This document shows, in pieces, positions 1 to 9,676 of a stretch of 55,240 bases of DNA. The notes beneath the pieces are model-generated. The model made no database searches and was not told the origin of the DNA. It saw only the letters and a program-made list of their open reading frames with translations. Source of the DNA: Gemmatimonadales bacterium (lineage in GTDB: Bacteria > Gemmatimonadota > Gemmatimonadetes > Gemmatimonadales > GWC2-71-9); contig JBBQFH010000019.1 in NCBI GenBank assembly GCA_038321865.1, positions 1 to 55,240 of the forward strand, in the 5' to 3' direction. The translations under genes were made by a program, and so were the position numbers. The stretch's first letter is position 1. Each line of letters opens with the position of its first letter.

Positions 1-89
1 GCGGGGGGGTTGCGCCGCTTACGTCGCGGCCGGCATCCCCCGCCCAAACGGGGGGGTCCCTGGGGTGTTTCTTCCCCGGGGGGGGGGGG

Positions 90-812
90 GTGGAAGAGAA
101 CACGCAGACAGCGTATGCGCTCGCCCTCAACTTCGGGCTGATGACGCCCGCCGAAATCGCGGGAACCGCGCGCCGACTGGCCGACAACATCCAGGCGCAC
201 GACGGCCATTTGTCCACCGGCTTTCTCGGCACCCCCGAGCTCACGCACGCGCTCTCCCGCAACGGGCATCTCGACGACGCGTACCGGCTCCTCCTGCAGC
301 GCGGCTATCCCTCGTGGCTGTATCCGATCAGCCGCGGTGCCACCACGATGTGGGAGCGCTGGGACGGCATCCGGCCCGACAGCTCGTTCGAGGAGCCGAG
401 CATGAATTCGTTCAATCACTATGCGTTCGGTGCCGTGGGCGACTGGATGTACCAGGTGATCGGCGGCATTGACATCGATCCCTCGGCGCCGGGGTACCGG
501 CATGCGCTGATCGCGCCGCGGCCGGGAGGCGGGCTCACCAGCGCGACCACCGCGGTCGAAACGCTGTACGGTACGCTCTCCACGGCATGGCGGACGGACA
601 GCGCCGGGTACACGCTGGAGGTCGAGGTACCGCCCAATACGACCGCAGCGGTGACGTTGTGGGATGCGACGCCCGGCCGGGCCCGCGAAGGTGGCCTCCC
701 GGCGGTGCGCGCGCCCGGCGTGCGATCGGCGGCGCAGCGCGGCCACGATCTGCGACTCGAGATCGGCTCGGGCCGCTACGCCTTTCGGGTATCGGCTGGG
801 CCGGCTAGCTGA
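90..812 (+). CDS. Alpha-L-rhamnosidase (GH78), C-terminal part; 5' end runs off the window or is corrupted
   Basis: GH78 motifs LSTGFLGT, GATTMWERWDG, MNSFNHYAFGAV, APGYRH, followed by a C-terminal beta-sandwich (EVPPNTTA...GSGRY). Confidence 0.9.
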   Translation: MEENTQTAYALALNFGLMTPAEIAGTARRLADNIQAHDGHLSTGFLGTPELTHALSRNGHLDDAYRLLLQRGYPSWLYPISRGATTMWERWDGIRPDSSFEEPSMNSFNHYAFGAVGDWMYQVIGGIDIDPSAPGYRHALIAPRPGGGLTSATTAVETLYGTLSTAWRTDSAGYTLEVEVPPNTTAAVTLWDATPGRAREGGLPAVRAPGVRSAAQRGHDLRLEIGSGRYAFRVSAGPAS

Positions 813-3318
813 GGAAGCGAGCCAGGTAGGGCGCCGTGCGGCTGCCCGGCGATGTCGCGACCTCGGCCGGGGTGCCCGCCGCGACGACGGTGCCACCCTC
901 CTCGCCGGCTCCGGGGCCGATGTCGATCAGCCAGTCGCTGCCCCCGATGACCTTCATTTCATGCTCCACCACAATCACGGTGTTACCGGCGTCCACCAGA
1001 GTGTCGAGCTGGGCCATGAGCCGCTCGACGTCCGAGGGGTGCAGCCCGGTGGTCGGCTCGTCGAGCACGTAGAGCGTGCTGCCCCGCTGGGTGCGCTGCA
1101 GCTCGGTCGCCAGCTTGATCCGCTGGGCCTCGCCGCCGGAAAGTTCCGTCGCCGCCTGGCCGAGCCGCAGGTAACCCAGGCCAACTTCACGCACGACGCC
1201 GAGTGAGCGCGCGAGCTGTGGCTGGTCGGCGAAGAACTCCGCCGCGTCGTTGACCGTCATGCCGAGCACGTCGGCGATGCTCCGGTTCCGATATTTGACC
1301 TCGAGTGTCTTCGCGTTGTAGCGCGTCCCGTGGCAGGTCGGACAGGGGGCGTACACACTTGGCAGGAAGAGCAGTTCGACGAACACGAACCCCTCGCCTT
1401 CGCACGTGTCACAGCGCCCCTTCGCCACGTTGAACGAGAACCGGCCCGCATCGTACCGGCGCGCCCGCGCCTCTTTCGTCGCGGCAAACAGCCGCCGCAC
1501 GTGATCGAACAGCCCCGTGTAGGTCGCGAGGTTGGACCGCGGCGTGCGCCCGATCGGGCGCTGGTCCACCCGGACCAGGCGCCTGATGCTGTCCATCCCT
1601 TCCGTAATCTCGCCACCGAGCGTGAGCGGCGCCGCCCGCTCGAGGGGCTCGCCCTCGTCGTCGAGCGGCAGCTCGTGCCCCAGCTGATCGGCCACCAGCT
1701 CCACGAGGACCTGGCTCACCAGACTGGACTTCCCCGAGCCCGACACGCCGGTCACCGTAGTGAAGACCCCGAGCGGAAAGGCGACGTCGAGCTGGTGCAG
1801 ATTGTTCCGCGTGACACCCTTCAGCCGGAGCCAGCCGGCCGGGACGCGCGGTACGCGGCGCGCCGGCGCATGGCCGTTGAAGAGGTGGCGCCGCGTCTCG
1901 GATTCACGGACCCGCGCGAGCCCCCCGGGCGGGCCGCTGTATACGATGTGGCCGCCGGCCTCGCCGGCCGCCGGTCCGACATCCACCAGCCAGTCGGCAT
2001 GCCGGATGACGTCGAGGTCGTGCTCGACGACGAAGAGCGAATTCCCGGAGGCCTTGAGCCGGTCGAGCGCACGGAGGAGCGCCTCGGTGTCGGCCGGATG
2101 CAGGCCGGCGGAGGGCTCGTCCAGGACATACACCACGCCGAAGAGATTGGAGCGCACCTGTGTCGCAAGCCGGAGCCGCTGCAGCTCGCCGGGTGAAAGC
2201 GTGGGTGTGCTGCGCTCCAGCGTCAGGTAGCTGAGCCCTAGGTCGAGCAGGACGCTGACCCGGGACAGAAAATCGGCGGCGATTCGCTGGGTGACGACCG
2301 CCTTCTCCGGATGCGCCGCCGCGAGTCTGGCGTAGCCCGGCGCGGAGTCTTCGGCGAAGGGGCGGAAGATCTCGGCCAGCCGCGCGAGCGGTACGCGGGA
2401 CATGTCGGCGATGTCGACTCCGGCGAACTTCACCGAGAGCGCCTCGCGGCGCAGCCGCTTGCCGTGGCAGAGCGGACAGTCGCCGCTCACCATGTACTGG
2501 AGCGCGCGCTTCTTCATCGCCGCGCTCTGCGTGTTGGCGAAGCTGTGGAGCACGTGGCGCCGGGCACTGCTGAAAGTGCCCATGTAGCTGGGCTCCTCTT
2601 TCCGCTTGAGCGCCCGGCGCATCTCGGCCTGATCGTAGCCGGAATACACCGGGACGACCGGCTGCTCGTCCGTGAACAGAATCCAGTCGCGATCCTTCTT
2701 CGGCAGCTCGCGCCAGGGGCGGTCCACGTCGTAGCCCAGCGTCATCAGGATCTCGCGCAGATTCTGCCCCTGCCACGCGGTCGGCCAGGCGGCGACCGCG
2801 CGCTCCCGGATCGTGAGCGAGTCGTCGGGCACCAGCGAGCGCTCGGTGACCTCGTACACCCGGCCGAGACCATGGCACCGGGGGCAGGCGCCTTCGGGCG
2901 TATTGGCCGAGAACGATTCGGCGTACAGCAGCGGCTGGTCGCGGGGATAGTCGCCCGCTCGCGAATAGAGCATCCGGAGCAGGTTCGACAGCGTGGTGAC
3001 GCTCCCGACCGACGAGCGCGTGGTAGGCGAGCCGCGCTGCTGCTGGAGCGCGACCGCCGGCGGAAGCCCGTCGATCGAATCGACTTCGGGCACGCCGAGC
3101 TGGTGGAAGAGCCGGCGCGCGTACGGGGCGACCGACTCGAGATAGCGCCGCTGTGCTTCGGCGTAGAGCGTGCCGAAGGCGAGCGACGACTTGCCGGAGC
3201 CCGACACCCCGGTGAACACGACGAGAGCGTCGCGCGGGATGTCGAGATCGACGTTCTTGAGATTGTGCTCCCGTGCTCCGCGCAGCTGTACGAAGCCGGG
3301 GCGGGCCTGGTCTCGCAT
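805..3318 (-). CDS. uvrA: Class II UvrA-like excinuclease/ABC ATPase (UvrA2/DrrC-like)
   Basis: GAREHNLKN start, two Walker A motifs (GVSGSGKS), signatures LSPGELQR and LSGGEAQR, CxxC zinc fingers; about 837 aa from ATG 3318. Confidence 0.92.
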   Translation of the reverse strand: MRDQARPGFVQLRGAREHNLKNVDLDIPRDALVVFTGVSGSGKSSLAFGTLYAEAQRRYLESVAPYARRLFHQLGVPEVDSIDGLPPAVALQQQRGSPTTRSSVGSVTTLSNLLRMLYSRAGDYPRDQPLLYAESFSANTPEGACPRCHGLGRVYEVTERSLVPDDSLTIRERAVAAWPTAWQGQNLREILMTLGYDVDRPWRELPKKDRDWILFTDEQPVVPVYSGYDQAEMRRALKRKEEPSYMGTFSSARRHVLHSFANTQSAAMKKRALQYMVSGDCPLCHGKRLRREALSVKFAGVDIADMSRVPLARLAEIFRPFAEDSAPGYARLAAAHPEKAVVTQRIAADFLSRVSVLLDLGLSYLTLERSTPTLSPGELQRLRLATQVRSNLFGVVYVLDEPSAGLHPADTEALLRALDRLKASGNSLFVVEHDLDVIRHADWLVDVGPAAGEAGGHIVYSGPPGGLARVRESETRRHLFNGHAPARRVPRVPAGWLRLKGVTRNNLHQLDVAFPLGVFTTVTGVSGSGKSSLVSQVLVELVADQLGHELPLDDEGEPLERAAPLTLGGEITEGMDSIRRLVRVDQRPIGRTPRSNLATYTGLFDHVRRLFAATKEARARRYDAGRFSFNVAKGRCDTCEGEGFVFVELLFLPSVYAPCPTCHGTRYNAKTLEVKYRNRSIADVLGMTVNDAAEFFADQPQLARSLGVVREVGLGYLRLGQAATELSGGEAQRIKLATELQRTQRGSTLYVLDEPTTGLHPSDVERLMAQLDTLVDAGNTVIVVEHEMKVIGGSDWLIDIGPGAGEEGGTVVAAGTPAEVATSPGSRTAPYLARFLS

Positions 3319-3475
3319 GTCGGTGCTCGCCGGTGACGGTGACGTCGGGCTGCCGCCGGCAAATGTAGGGCGACCCAGCGACGCCAACCCCGACATCGAT
3401 CACCGGAGAATTGTGCGGTAGATTCCCGGATCGGAAGCACACCGTGGCGGGGTCAAGGACCCAGGGAGGCAGGAC

Positions 3476-3961
3476 GTGAGGCTGTGGAGTCGATTCGCGG
3501 CGGGGATGGTGCTCGGGATGGGAGTCGCGTGCGGCCAGCCGGATCCGAACGCGCCGATCGGGACCGCGCGCCCGGCAGCGGAGGTCACCGGCGTCTGGAC
3601 CGCGGTGCCGGCAGATGCGGCCTGCACCGGGGGTCCGGTCACCTTCAGCGTGTCGGGATCGGATGACGACGTGCTGCCGTTCGGCTCCCTGACGTTCTCG
3701 ACGACCTGGAGCACCGCCAGCGCCAGCGGCCCGCTCTACGGCACCATCAATCTACGAACCGGCGTCGTGGCCCTCAGGCTGTTCGGCGTCGATTCGGCCG
3801 CCGCCACCATCGACGGCCAGCTGAACGCCACTGCCGGCATGGACGGCCGGTTCGCCGATCCCTACGCGACGCTCGCACCGGTATTCGGTGCGGCACCGTG
3901 CGCGAGCGCGGTCAGCGCGTCGCGGACTGTGCCGTCAGGGGCGATCGCCGCTCCGCGATGA
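3476..3961 (+). CDS. Hypothetical lipoprotein
   Basis: GGAGG/AGGA upstream of GTG; signal peptide ending VAC; beta-rich body. Confidence 0.65.
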   Translation: MRLWSRFAAGMVLGMGVACGQPDPNAPIGTARPAAEVTGVWTAVPADAACTGGPVTFSVSGSDDDVLPFGSLTFSTTWSTASASGPLYGTINLRTGVVALRLFGVDSAAATIDGQLNATAGMDGRFADPYATLAPVFGAAPCASAVSASRTVPSGAIAAPR

Positions 3962-4316
3962 ATCCGCCGAGGTACGCGGCCGGCAGGACCATCAGCAGCG
4001 CCGCGACATGGTACCACGCCGGCGCGGTGTGCCACAGCCGGATCGTGCCGACGACGTTGAAGACCAGCCCCAGGACTCCGAGAATCATCGCGTGCCGCAA
4101 AGGGCGATTGGGCGCCAGCCGCCCGGTGATGTAGCAGCCGAGCGTGGCAAACACGAACACATACGCCAGCATGATGAGGAGCGCGACTGGGGTCGTGGTG
4201 CCGCCGTCGGCGGTGAAATACCCGGGTCTGAGGACGTGGAATGCGGCATCCGCCCCGACCGCCAGGGCACCAATGAGTACGAAGCCGATCACGATCGCAA
4301 CGATGCTGCGTCCCAC
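3912..4316 (-). CDS. Four-TM hypothetical membrane protein
   Basis: AGGAGGG RBS; four hydrophobic helices; APAWY motif. Confidence 0.8.
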   Translation of the reverse strand: MGRSIVAIVIGFVLIGALAVGADAAFHVLRPGYFTADGGTTTPVALLIMLAYVFVFATLGCYITGRLAPNRPLRHAMILGVLGLVFNVVGTIRLWHTAPAWYHVAALLMVLPAAYLGGFIAERRSPLTAQSATR

Positions 4317-4345
4317 TGATCCCTCCTGGATGCGATGAGGCGGGC

Positions 4346-4642
4346 TCAGACCGGCTTGCGGTGCATGGCCAGCAACGACGCGACCTCATCACGATGATGG
4401 CTGCGCACATCGTCCGGCATCGCGGCAGCGGTCGCGACCAGCTCCTCCTGCTTGGCCTGCATCCGGGCCTTGAGCTCGGCCAGGTAGCGCTCCGCCTGCA
4501 CTCGCTCGGGCTCCGCTTGCGCGCTGCGCACCGCCTGGAGGCGTTGCGGCAGCTGGCCCCGCATGCTGCGTTGGTCGTTGCCCAGCCGGCGCAGCAGCAC
4601 CAGCGTGGGCTCGTCGTTCAGGATGGTGTCATTCGAGGTCAT
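4346..4642 (-). CDS. Hypothetical helical/coiled-coil protein
   Basis: GGAG RBS before ATG 4642; Q/E/R-rich helical sequence. Confidence 0.6.
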   Translation of the reverse strand: MTSNDTILNDEPTLVLLRRLGNDQRSMRGQLPQRLQAVRSAQAEPERVQAERYLAELKARMQAKQEELVATAAAMPDDVRSHHRDEVASLLAMHRKPV

Positions 4643-4709
4643 GCGATTGGGCTCCGTCAGAAGGGTTCGCGAATGCTGGATCATACTGCCTCGGCGGCCA
4701 CGCCGCAGG

Positions 4710-5111
4710 TCAGTCCACCGGCCGGCGGGCTTCGGGAGCCAGTGGCAGCAGCGATTCCACCGTCACGACAATCTCGCCGATGCTGATCGGCCGGTGGAGC
4801 ACCTGATCCCAGGCGCCCGCCGCTGGTTGACCGGTCGCAGGCGCGATCAGGAGTCGAAGCGGCTTCCGATCGGGACCAATGAGCCGATCGAGCAGCTCCG
4901 CCCGCACTGTATCGCCGGCCAGCGCCTGCGCATCCACGATCAGCAGCCGGAGCGCCCCGGCGTCGGATGCGCCTGGACGAGCGGCCTCGATCACGTCATG
5001 GGCACCGGACGCATCGTATCCCACCTCCCTGAGGGACGCCCGCAGCAGGGCCCGCGGCCACTGCGCGGGCATCACGACGAGCACTCGCGGGTGGCCGGCC
5101 GCCGCCGGCAT
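4710..5111 (-). CDS. Degenerate single-domain receiver (CheY-like) protein
   Basis: REC fold pattern RVLVV...LREVGYD...LLIVD...VLHRPISIGEI; the acidic pocket is missing and the conserved Lys reads Arg. Confidence 0.6.
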   Translation of the reverse strand: MPAAAGHPRVLVVMPAQWPRALLRASLREVGYDASGAHDVIEAARPGASDAGALRLLIVDAQALAGDTVRAELLDRLIGPDRKPLRLLIAPATGQPAAGAWDQVLHRPISIGEIVVTVESLLPLAPEARRPVD

Positions 5112-5119
5112 TGTCGGGC

Positions 5120-5791
5120 TCAGGATCCGGCGGCCTGCCTGGCGCGCTGGCGCATCTGCTCGTTGGCGTAGATCGCCACCTCCACCCGCCGATTCTGCTG
5201 CCGCCCCGCCTCGTCCGCATTCGACACCAGCGGCTCGCTCTCGCCCTTGCCCTCGGCCTGGAGCCGCGTGCCGGCGACGCCGCGCGCAGTCAGGAATCCC
5301 GCGACGGCAGCCGCGCGCCGCTGGGAAAGCGTCTGGTTGTAGGCGTCGCTGCCCACCGAGTCGGTGTGCCCCACGATCAGCAGGTCGCTGTCGGGGTACT
5401 TGTCCAGGTTGTCAGCCAGGTTTCTGAGGTTGGTCTGCGCTTCCGGCCGCACCGTCGCCGAATCGAATCCGAACAACAGGCCGGTGGCGAACGTGACGAG
5501 GATGCCCTCGCCCACACGCTCGACCTTGGCGCCGGGGATCTGCTGGCGGATCTCGCCGGCCCGGCGGTCCATCTGGTCACCGATGATCGCGCCGGCGGCC
5601 CCACCCACCGCAGCCCCGATGATGGCGCCCTTCGCCGTCGAACCCGTGGCCGCGCCAATCACGCCGCCCACGACCGCTCCGCCTGCCCCGCCGATCACGG
5701 CGCCACGCTGCGCATTGCGCGCGCAGCTCGCGCCGACCGACACGGCGCCGGCAAGCCCGACGAGCAGCGCGATCTGTCGCTTGAACCTCAT
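5120..5791 (-). CDS. OmpA-family lipoprotein with glycine zipper (YiaD-like)
   Basis: Lipobox GASC, Gly-zipper, GHTDSVG...YNQTLSQRRA, NRRVE. Confidence 0.95.
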   Translation of the reverse strand: MRFKRQIALLVGLAGAVSVGASCARNAQRGAVIGGAGGAVVGGVIGAATGSTAKGAIIGAAVGGAAGAIIGDQMDRRAGEIRQQIPGAKVERVGEGILVTFATGLLFGFDSATVRPEAQTNLRNLADNLDKYPDSDLLIVGHTDSVGSDAYNQTLSQRRAAAVAGFLTARGVAGTRLQAEGKGESEPLVSNADEAGRQQNRRVEVAIYANEQMRQRARQAAGS

Positions 5792-5952
5792 GCGGCCTCC
5801 AGTTGGTTGTGAGAGATGGACACTGCACCTTCAGGCGTGGCTGGCCCGTGAGCCAGGTCACCACGGGCCACGTGGCCGAGGCTGGTGGCGGGCAGGGCGG
5901 CGGGCGGCTATCGTGGAGCACACTCCGTGGCATCCCATCCGTCCGAGGACAC

Positions 5953-6549
5953 ATGCGCCTGTCGGTGATGTTGCTGCTGGGCTGGGCCGTGACGGCGTGT
6001 GGAAACGCGCGCCCGGAGCGCAGCGCCGCCGCCGCACCGGGCGTTCGTATTACGATTGCGACCTCGGCCGGCACGATCGAGGCCCTCCTGGACAGCGCCG
6101 CCGCCCCCGCCACCGTCGCCAACTTTCTCCGCTACGTCGCGGACAGCGCCTTCGATGGCGGGCAGTTCCACCGCACGGTGCGCTCCGACAACCAGCCGCT
6201 CGACAGCGTGCGGATCGGCGTCGTACAAGCCAGCGCGGACACCGCGCGCCACTCCTATCCGCCCATTCCCATCGAGCCGACCAATCAGACCGGTCTGCAT
6301 CATCTCGACGGCACCCTGTCCATGGCCCGCGGGGGGCCCAACACCGCCACGTCGAGCTTCTTCATCTGCATCGGAGACCAGCCGTCGCTCGATTACGGCG
6401 GCCACCGGAATGCCGATGGCCTGGGCTTCGCCGCGTTCGGGCGGGTGACGAAGGGAATGGACGTGGTACGCGCGATCCAGGCGGCGCCCGCCGAGGGCCA
6501 GGCGCTCCGGCCGCCGGTACGGATTCTCCGCCTCCGCCGCGCGCCCTGA
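5953..6549 (+). CDS. Cyclophilin-type peptidyl-prolyl isomerase, lipoprotein
   Basis: APATVANFLRYV, FHR, GTLSMAR, ATSSFFI, FGRVTKGMDVV; lipobox VTAC; GAGGA RBS. Confidence 0.92.
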   Translation: MRLSVMLLLGWAVTACGNARPERSAAAAPGVRITIATSAGTIEALLDSAAAPATVANFLRYVADSAFDGGQFHRTVRSDNQPLDSVRIGVVQASADTARHSYPPIPIEPTNQTGLHHLDGTLSMARGGPNTATSSFFICIGDQPSLDYGGHRNADGLGFAAFGRVTKGMDVVRAIQAAPAEGQALRPPVRILRLRRAP

Positions 6550-6563
6550 CGCGGGGCATGGCC

Positions 6564-7487
6564 ATGGAGCTCCGATACCATCTGCTGGACGTGTTCACCG
6601 ATGTGCCGTTCGGGGGCAACCAGCTCGCTGTCTTCACCGACGCGCCCGACCTTCCGGGCGAGCTCATGCAGCGGATCGCGCGGGAGCTCAATCTCTCGGA
6701 GACGGTGTTCGTGCGCCCGCCGCAGAACCCGGCAGCTGCGTTCCGGCTGCGGATCTTCACGCCCGGCGCGGAGCTGCCGTTTGCGGGGCACCCCACCATC
6801 GGCACCGCCCATCTGTTGGCGGAGCTCGGCCTCGTTCCGGCGGGCGGGTCGGGGGGATTCGCGCTCGAGGAGGGAGTTGGGCTGGTGCGCGTGACGATCG
6901 GCCGCGAGTCCGGCCACTTGCCATTCGTCCAGCTCCGGGCGGCGCAGCTGCCGGTGCGTGGTCCCGCGGCGCCGCCCTCCCGCCCGGAGCTCGCGGGCCT
7001 GCTCGGCGTGAGCGAAGCGGATCTCGCCGCCGACGGCGACGAAGTCCAGGCGGTATCTGCTGGAGTTCCCTTCCTGATCGTGCCGATGCGGAGCCGGGCG
7101 GCACTGGGCCGGGCGGCCCTCGACCTCGGGCGCTGGCGTACCCTGCTGGCCGAGTCGTGGGCGCCGCAGGTATACGTCTTCTGCCGGGAACCGGAACGCG
7201 CAGGCGCTGACTTCCGGGTACGAATGTTCTCGCCCGGATTCGGGATCGCCGAGGATCCCGCCACGGGCTCGGCCGCGGCGGCCTTCGCGGGCTATCTCGC
7301 CTGGCAGCGGGCTCCCGAAGAGGGCACGTTCAGATGGGTTGCGGAACAGGGAGTGGAGATGGGCCGGCCGAGCGTGCTCGCGCTCGAGGCCGACGTGGCG
7401 GGTGGAGCGGTCCGCTCCGTCCGGGTGGGGGGCACATCGGTGCGGATGGGCGAGGGCACACTGCGCCTCGTCGGTAGCCACGGGTGA
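6564..7487 (+). CDS. PhzF-family isomerase/epimerase
   Basis: DVFT..PFGGNQLAV, ELNLSETVF, ELPFAGHPT, EDPATGSA, EQGVEMGRPS. Confidence 0.95.
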   Translation: MELRYHLLDVFTDVPFGGNQLAVFTDAPDLPGELMQRIARELNLSETVFVRPPQNPAAAFRLRIFTPGAELPFAGHPTIGTAHLLAELGLVPAGGSGGFALEEGVGLVRVTIGRESGHLPFVQLRAAQLPVRGPAAPPSRPELAGLLGVSEADLAADGDEVQAVSAGVPFLIVPMRSRAALGRAALDLGRWRTLLAESWAPQVYVFCREPERAGADFRVRMFSPGFGIAEDPATGSAAAAFAGYLAWQRAPEEGTFRWVAEQGVEMGRPSVLALEADVAGGAVRSVRVGGTSVRMGEGTLRLVGSHG

Positions 7488-7498
7488 GGGAGGAAAGC

Positions 7499-8059
7499 AT
7501 GTCGCGATTTGCCAACCGCGCGTCGGACGATCTTGAGCAGGTCCAGTCCTACATCAGCGGGCTGCTGGAGACGCTGGGACCGCGCGACCCGATCGAAGTG
7601 ATGCACGAGACGCCGGAGAAGCTGCGTCGCGCGCTCACCGGCGTACCCCCGGCCCAGCTCTCGGCGCCGGAGGCACCCGGCAAGTGGTCGATGCGCCAGG
7701 TGATGCAGCATCTGGCCGACTCCGAGCTGGTGGGCGGATTCCGGTTCCGGATGGTGCTGGCCCACGACCGCCCCGCGCTTCAGGGCTACGACCAGGATCT
7801 GTGGGCCGAACGCCTGCGCTACGCGGAGGCCGACGTGGGTACCACGCTGTCCGACTTCACGACGCTGCGTTACGGCAATCTCCGGGTGCTGCAGCACGCC
7901 ACCGCGGCCGAACGGCAGCGCTGCGGGATCCATGCGGAGCGCGGCGAAGAAAGTCTGGAGCGGCTGATGCAGCTGTACGCCGCGCATGATCTGGTGCACC
8001 TGCGCCAGCTGGCCCGCATCCGGACCGCGGTGGGTGCCGGCGCCGGGAGCATCCCATGA
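7499..8059 (+). CDS. DinB/YfiT-family protein
   Basis: GKWSMRQVMQHLADSE, YDQDLW, AAHDLVHLRQ (His triad); GGAGG RBS. Confidence 0.9.
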   Translation: MSRFANRASDDLEQVQSYISGLLETLGPRDPIEVMHETPEKLRRALTGVPPAQLSAPEAPGKWSMRQVMQHLADSELVGGFRFRMVLAHDRPALQGYDQDLWAERLRYAEADVGTTLSDFTTLRYGNLRVLQHATAAERQRCGIHAERGEESLERLMQLYAAHDLVHLRQLARIRTAVGAGAGSIP

Positions 8060-8661
8060 AGCCGCTGTTCCCGGCGGCGGCACTCGCGACACTTGCTCTG
8101 GCGGCTTGCGGCGGCGACCGCCCCGCGGTGGCCGCGCGAGCCGACACAACGAGTCACACGGAGGTGAGCCGGCCGGCGCCCCCGCCGGCGCGGTCGCCGG
8201 CGGCCATGACAGCCGGCGACACGATCCACGCCGATCTCGCGGGCTACGGACCGGTGCACTTCGGCATGAAGCCCGCCGAAGCCGCCACGGCCCTCGGTGT
8301 GCCGGCGCCGGGCGTCATCGCCGGCGAAGGGTGTACGGTGTGGCGGCCGGCCGACTCCCCCGCCGGCCTGAGCTTCATGATCGAGAACGGACTGCTGGTG
8401 CGTCTCGACGTGGACAGCGGACATGTCGCAACCGACTCAGGGTTGTCGGTGGGCTCGCCGGTGGCGCGCATTCGCACCGTCTATGGCGCGCGCGCGACGG
8501 AGACGCCTCACAAATACCGCTGGGATCAGGGGTGGAAGGTCTTCACCATTTTCAGTCCGGACTCCCAGCGCGCGCTGGTCTTCGAGGCCGACAGCCATGC
8601 CGTGCGGCGCTTCCACGCCGGCCTGGCCCAGCAGGCCCAGTATGTGGAGCGCTGCTCCTGA
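8056..8661 (+). CDS. Hypothetical lipoprotein
   Basis: Lipobox LAAC; GPVHFGM, PHKY and terminal YVERCS; ATGA overlap with the upstream gene. Confidence 0.8.
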   Translation: MKPLFPAAALATLALAACGGDRPAVAARADTTSHTEVSRPAPPPARSPAAMTAGDTIHADLAGYGPVHFGMKPAEAATALGVPAPGVIAGEGCTVWRPADSPAGLSFMIENGLLVRLDVDSGHVATDSGLSVGSPVARIRTVYGARATETPHKYRWDQGWKVFTIFSPDSQRALVFEADSHAVRRFHAGLAQQAQYVERCS

Positions 8662-8702
8662 CGGGCAGCGCCCTGGATTCACCTCGTATACGGAGACGCA
8701 AC

Positions 8703-8876
8703 ATGTCCTTCACACTGTATCTCGTCGGCTTCCTGATTCTGATCGGCGGCGTCGCCTGGGGCCTGATCGTGGCCGGCGTGTCCACGCTGTACGTGGCCAT
8801 CGCGTGCGTGATCCTGCTCGGCATCGGCATCCTGACCGGCGTGTCACGGACCCGGTCCAAGGACCCCCAGGGCTGA
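8703..8876 (+). CDS. Small two-TM membrane protein (57 aa)
   Basis: GGAG RBS; MSFTLYLVGFLILIGG...TRSKDP. Confidence 0.8.
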   Translation: MSFTLYLVGFLILIGGVAWGLIVAGVSTLYVAIACVILLGIGILTGVSRTRSKDPQG

Positions 8877-8985
8877 CCGGAGCGTCCCACCGCCGGCCGG
8901 TGGCCGACTATGTTCCACCCCAGATCGAGCGCCGCGCGAGCGGCGCGCCTGTACGTATCCTGCCGGCCCCAGCGGAGTCTCCCGG

Positions 8986-9150
8986 TTGCCCAAGCGCAAT
9001 TATCAGTTCGAGAAGCGGCAGAAGGATCTCGAGAAGAAGCGAAAGCAGGAGGAGAAGGCCCAGCGCAAGCTGGAGCGTGCGCAGAACCCAGCGGGCGAGG
9101 ACGTTGAACCCGCGGCCGACGCGGGCGACGGGCCCGCGGCCGAGGAGTAG
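8986..9150 (+). CDS. Small charged protein (54 aa, MPKRNYQFEKRQKDLEKKRKQEEKAQRKLER...), missing from the ORF track
   Basis: TTG start 8 nt after GGAG; open frame to TAG; basic helical N-terminus and acidic tail. Confidence 0.75.
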   Translation: MPKRNYQFEKRQKDLEKKRKQEEKAQRKLERAQNPAGEDVEPAADAGDGPAAEE

Positions 9151-9160
9151 CCCGAGGCTC

Positions 9161-9673
9161 ATGCGGCGGCCCGTCCTGCTGCTGCTGACCCTCATCTGCG
9201 CGCCGGCGGGCCGGCTTCCCGCGCAGGCGGTCATGCCGCCGATGATCTCCGTCGTGGGCGGGCAGATGCGCTACTCACTGGCCGATACCCGTACCGACGC
9301 GCTCGTTGCCCTCCGGCTGGCGTCCCCGCTCGTGTCGCTGGGGCGGCGGCACTGGCTGATCGAGCCCGGCATGTCCTACGGCTGGTACCGGGCTGACGAC
9401 GCCACCCGCCGCCATGTATTCGTGGGCGAGATCCAGCTCCAGTTCCAGGCCGGTCCCCGCGCCATTCAGCCTTACGTCGGCGGCGGTGGCGGCCTCACGA
9501 TCAGCCGGGTGGACTCAACATCGATCAACAAGTTCACGGCGTCGGCGGCCGCGGGACTGCGGCTCAATGCGGCCGGGTGGGGCATCGCGGGAGAGATTCG
9601 CATCCGCGCGCTCAAGCTGTTTCAGGGGACCACCAGAGAGCTCACGATCAGTCTCTTCAGGGAGCTGGAATAG
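9161..9673 (+). CDS. Putative outer-membrane beta-barrel protein
   Basis: Signal peptide; amphipathic beta strands; QPYVGGGGG motif. Confidence 0.7.
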   Translation: MRRPVLLLLTLICAPAGRLPAQAVMPPMISVVGGQMRYSLADTRTDALVALRLASPLVSLGRRHWLIEPGMSYGWYRADDATRRHVFVGEIQLQFQAGPRAIQPYVGGGGGLTISRVDSTSINKFTASAAAGLRLNAAGWGIAGEIRIRALKLFQGTTRELTISLFRELE

Positions 9674-9676
9674 CTC

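Noticed and set aside
3329..3406. Imperfect long hairpin upstream of uvrA
   Set aside because: Pairing is interrupted and GC-driven; no recognisable riboswitch or SOS box
5842..5870. 9-bp inverted repeat TGGCCCGTG-N11-CACGGGCCA between ompA and the cyclophilin gene
   Set aside because: No U-tract, single occurrence, and plausible by chance at this GC content
5364..7487. 707-aa ORF suggesting a PhzF fusion (similar N-terminal extensions at 8423, 13746, 18362, 26337, 45603)
   Set aside because: The extensions overlap other real genes and are low-information Arg/Pro-rich translations; the true starts are internal
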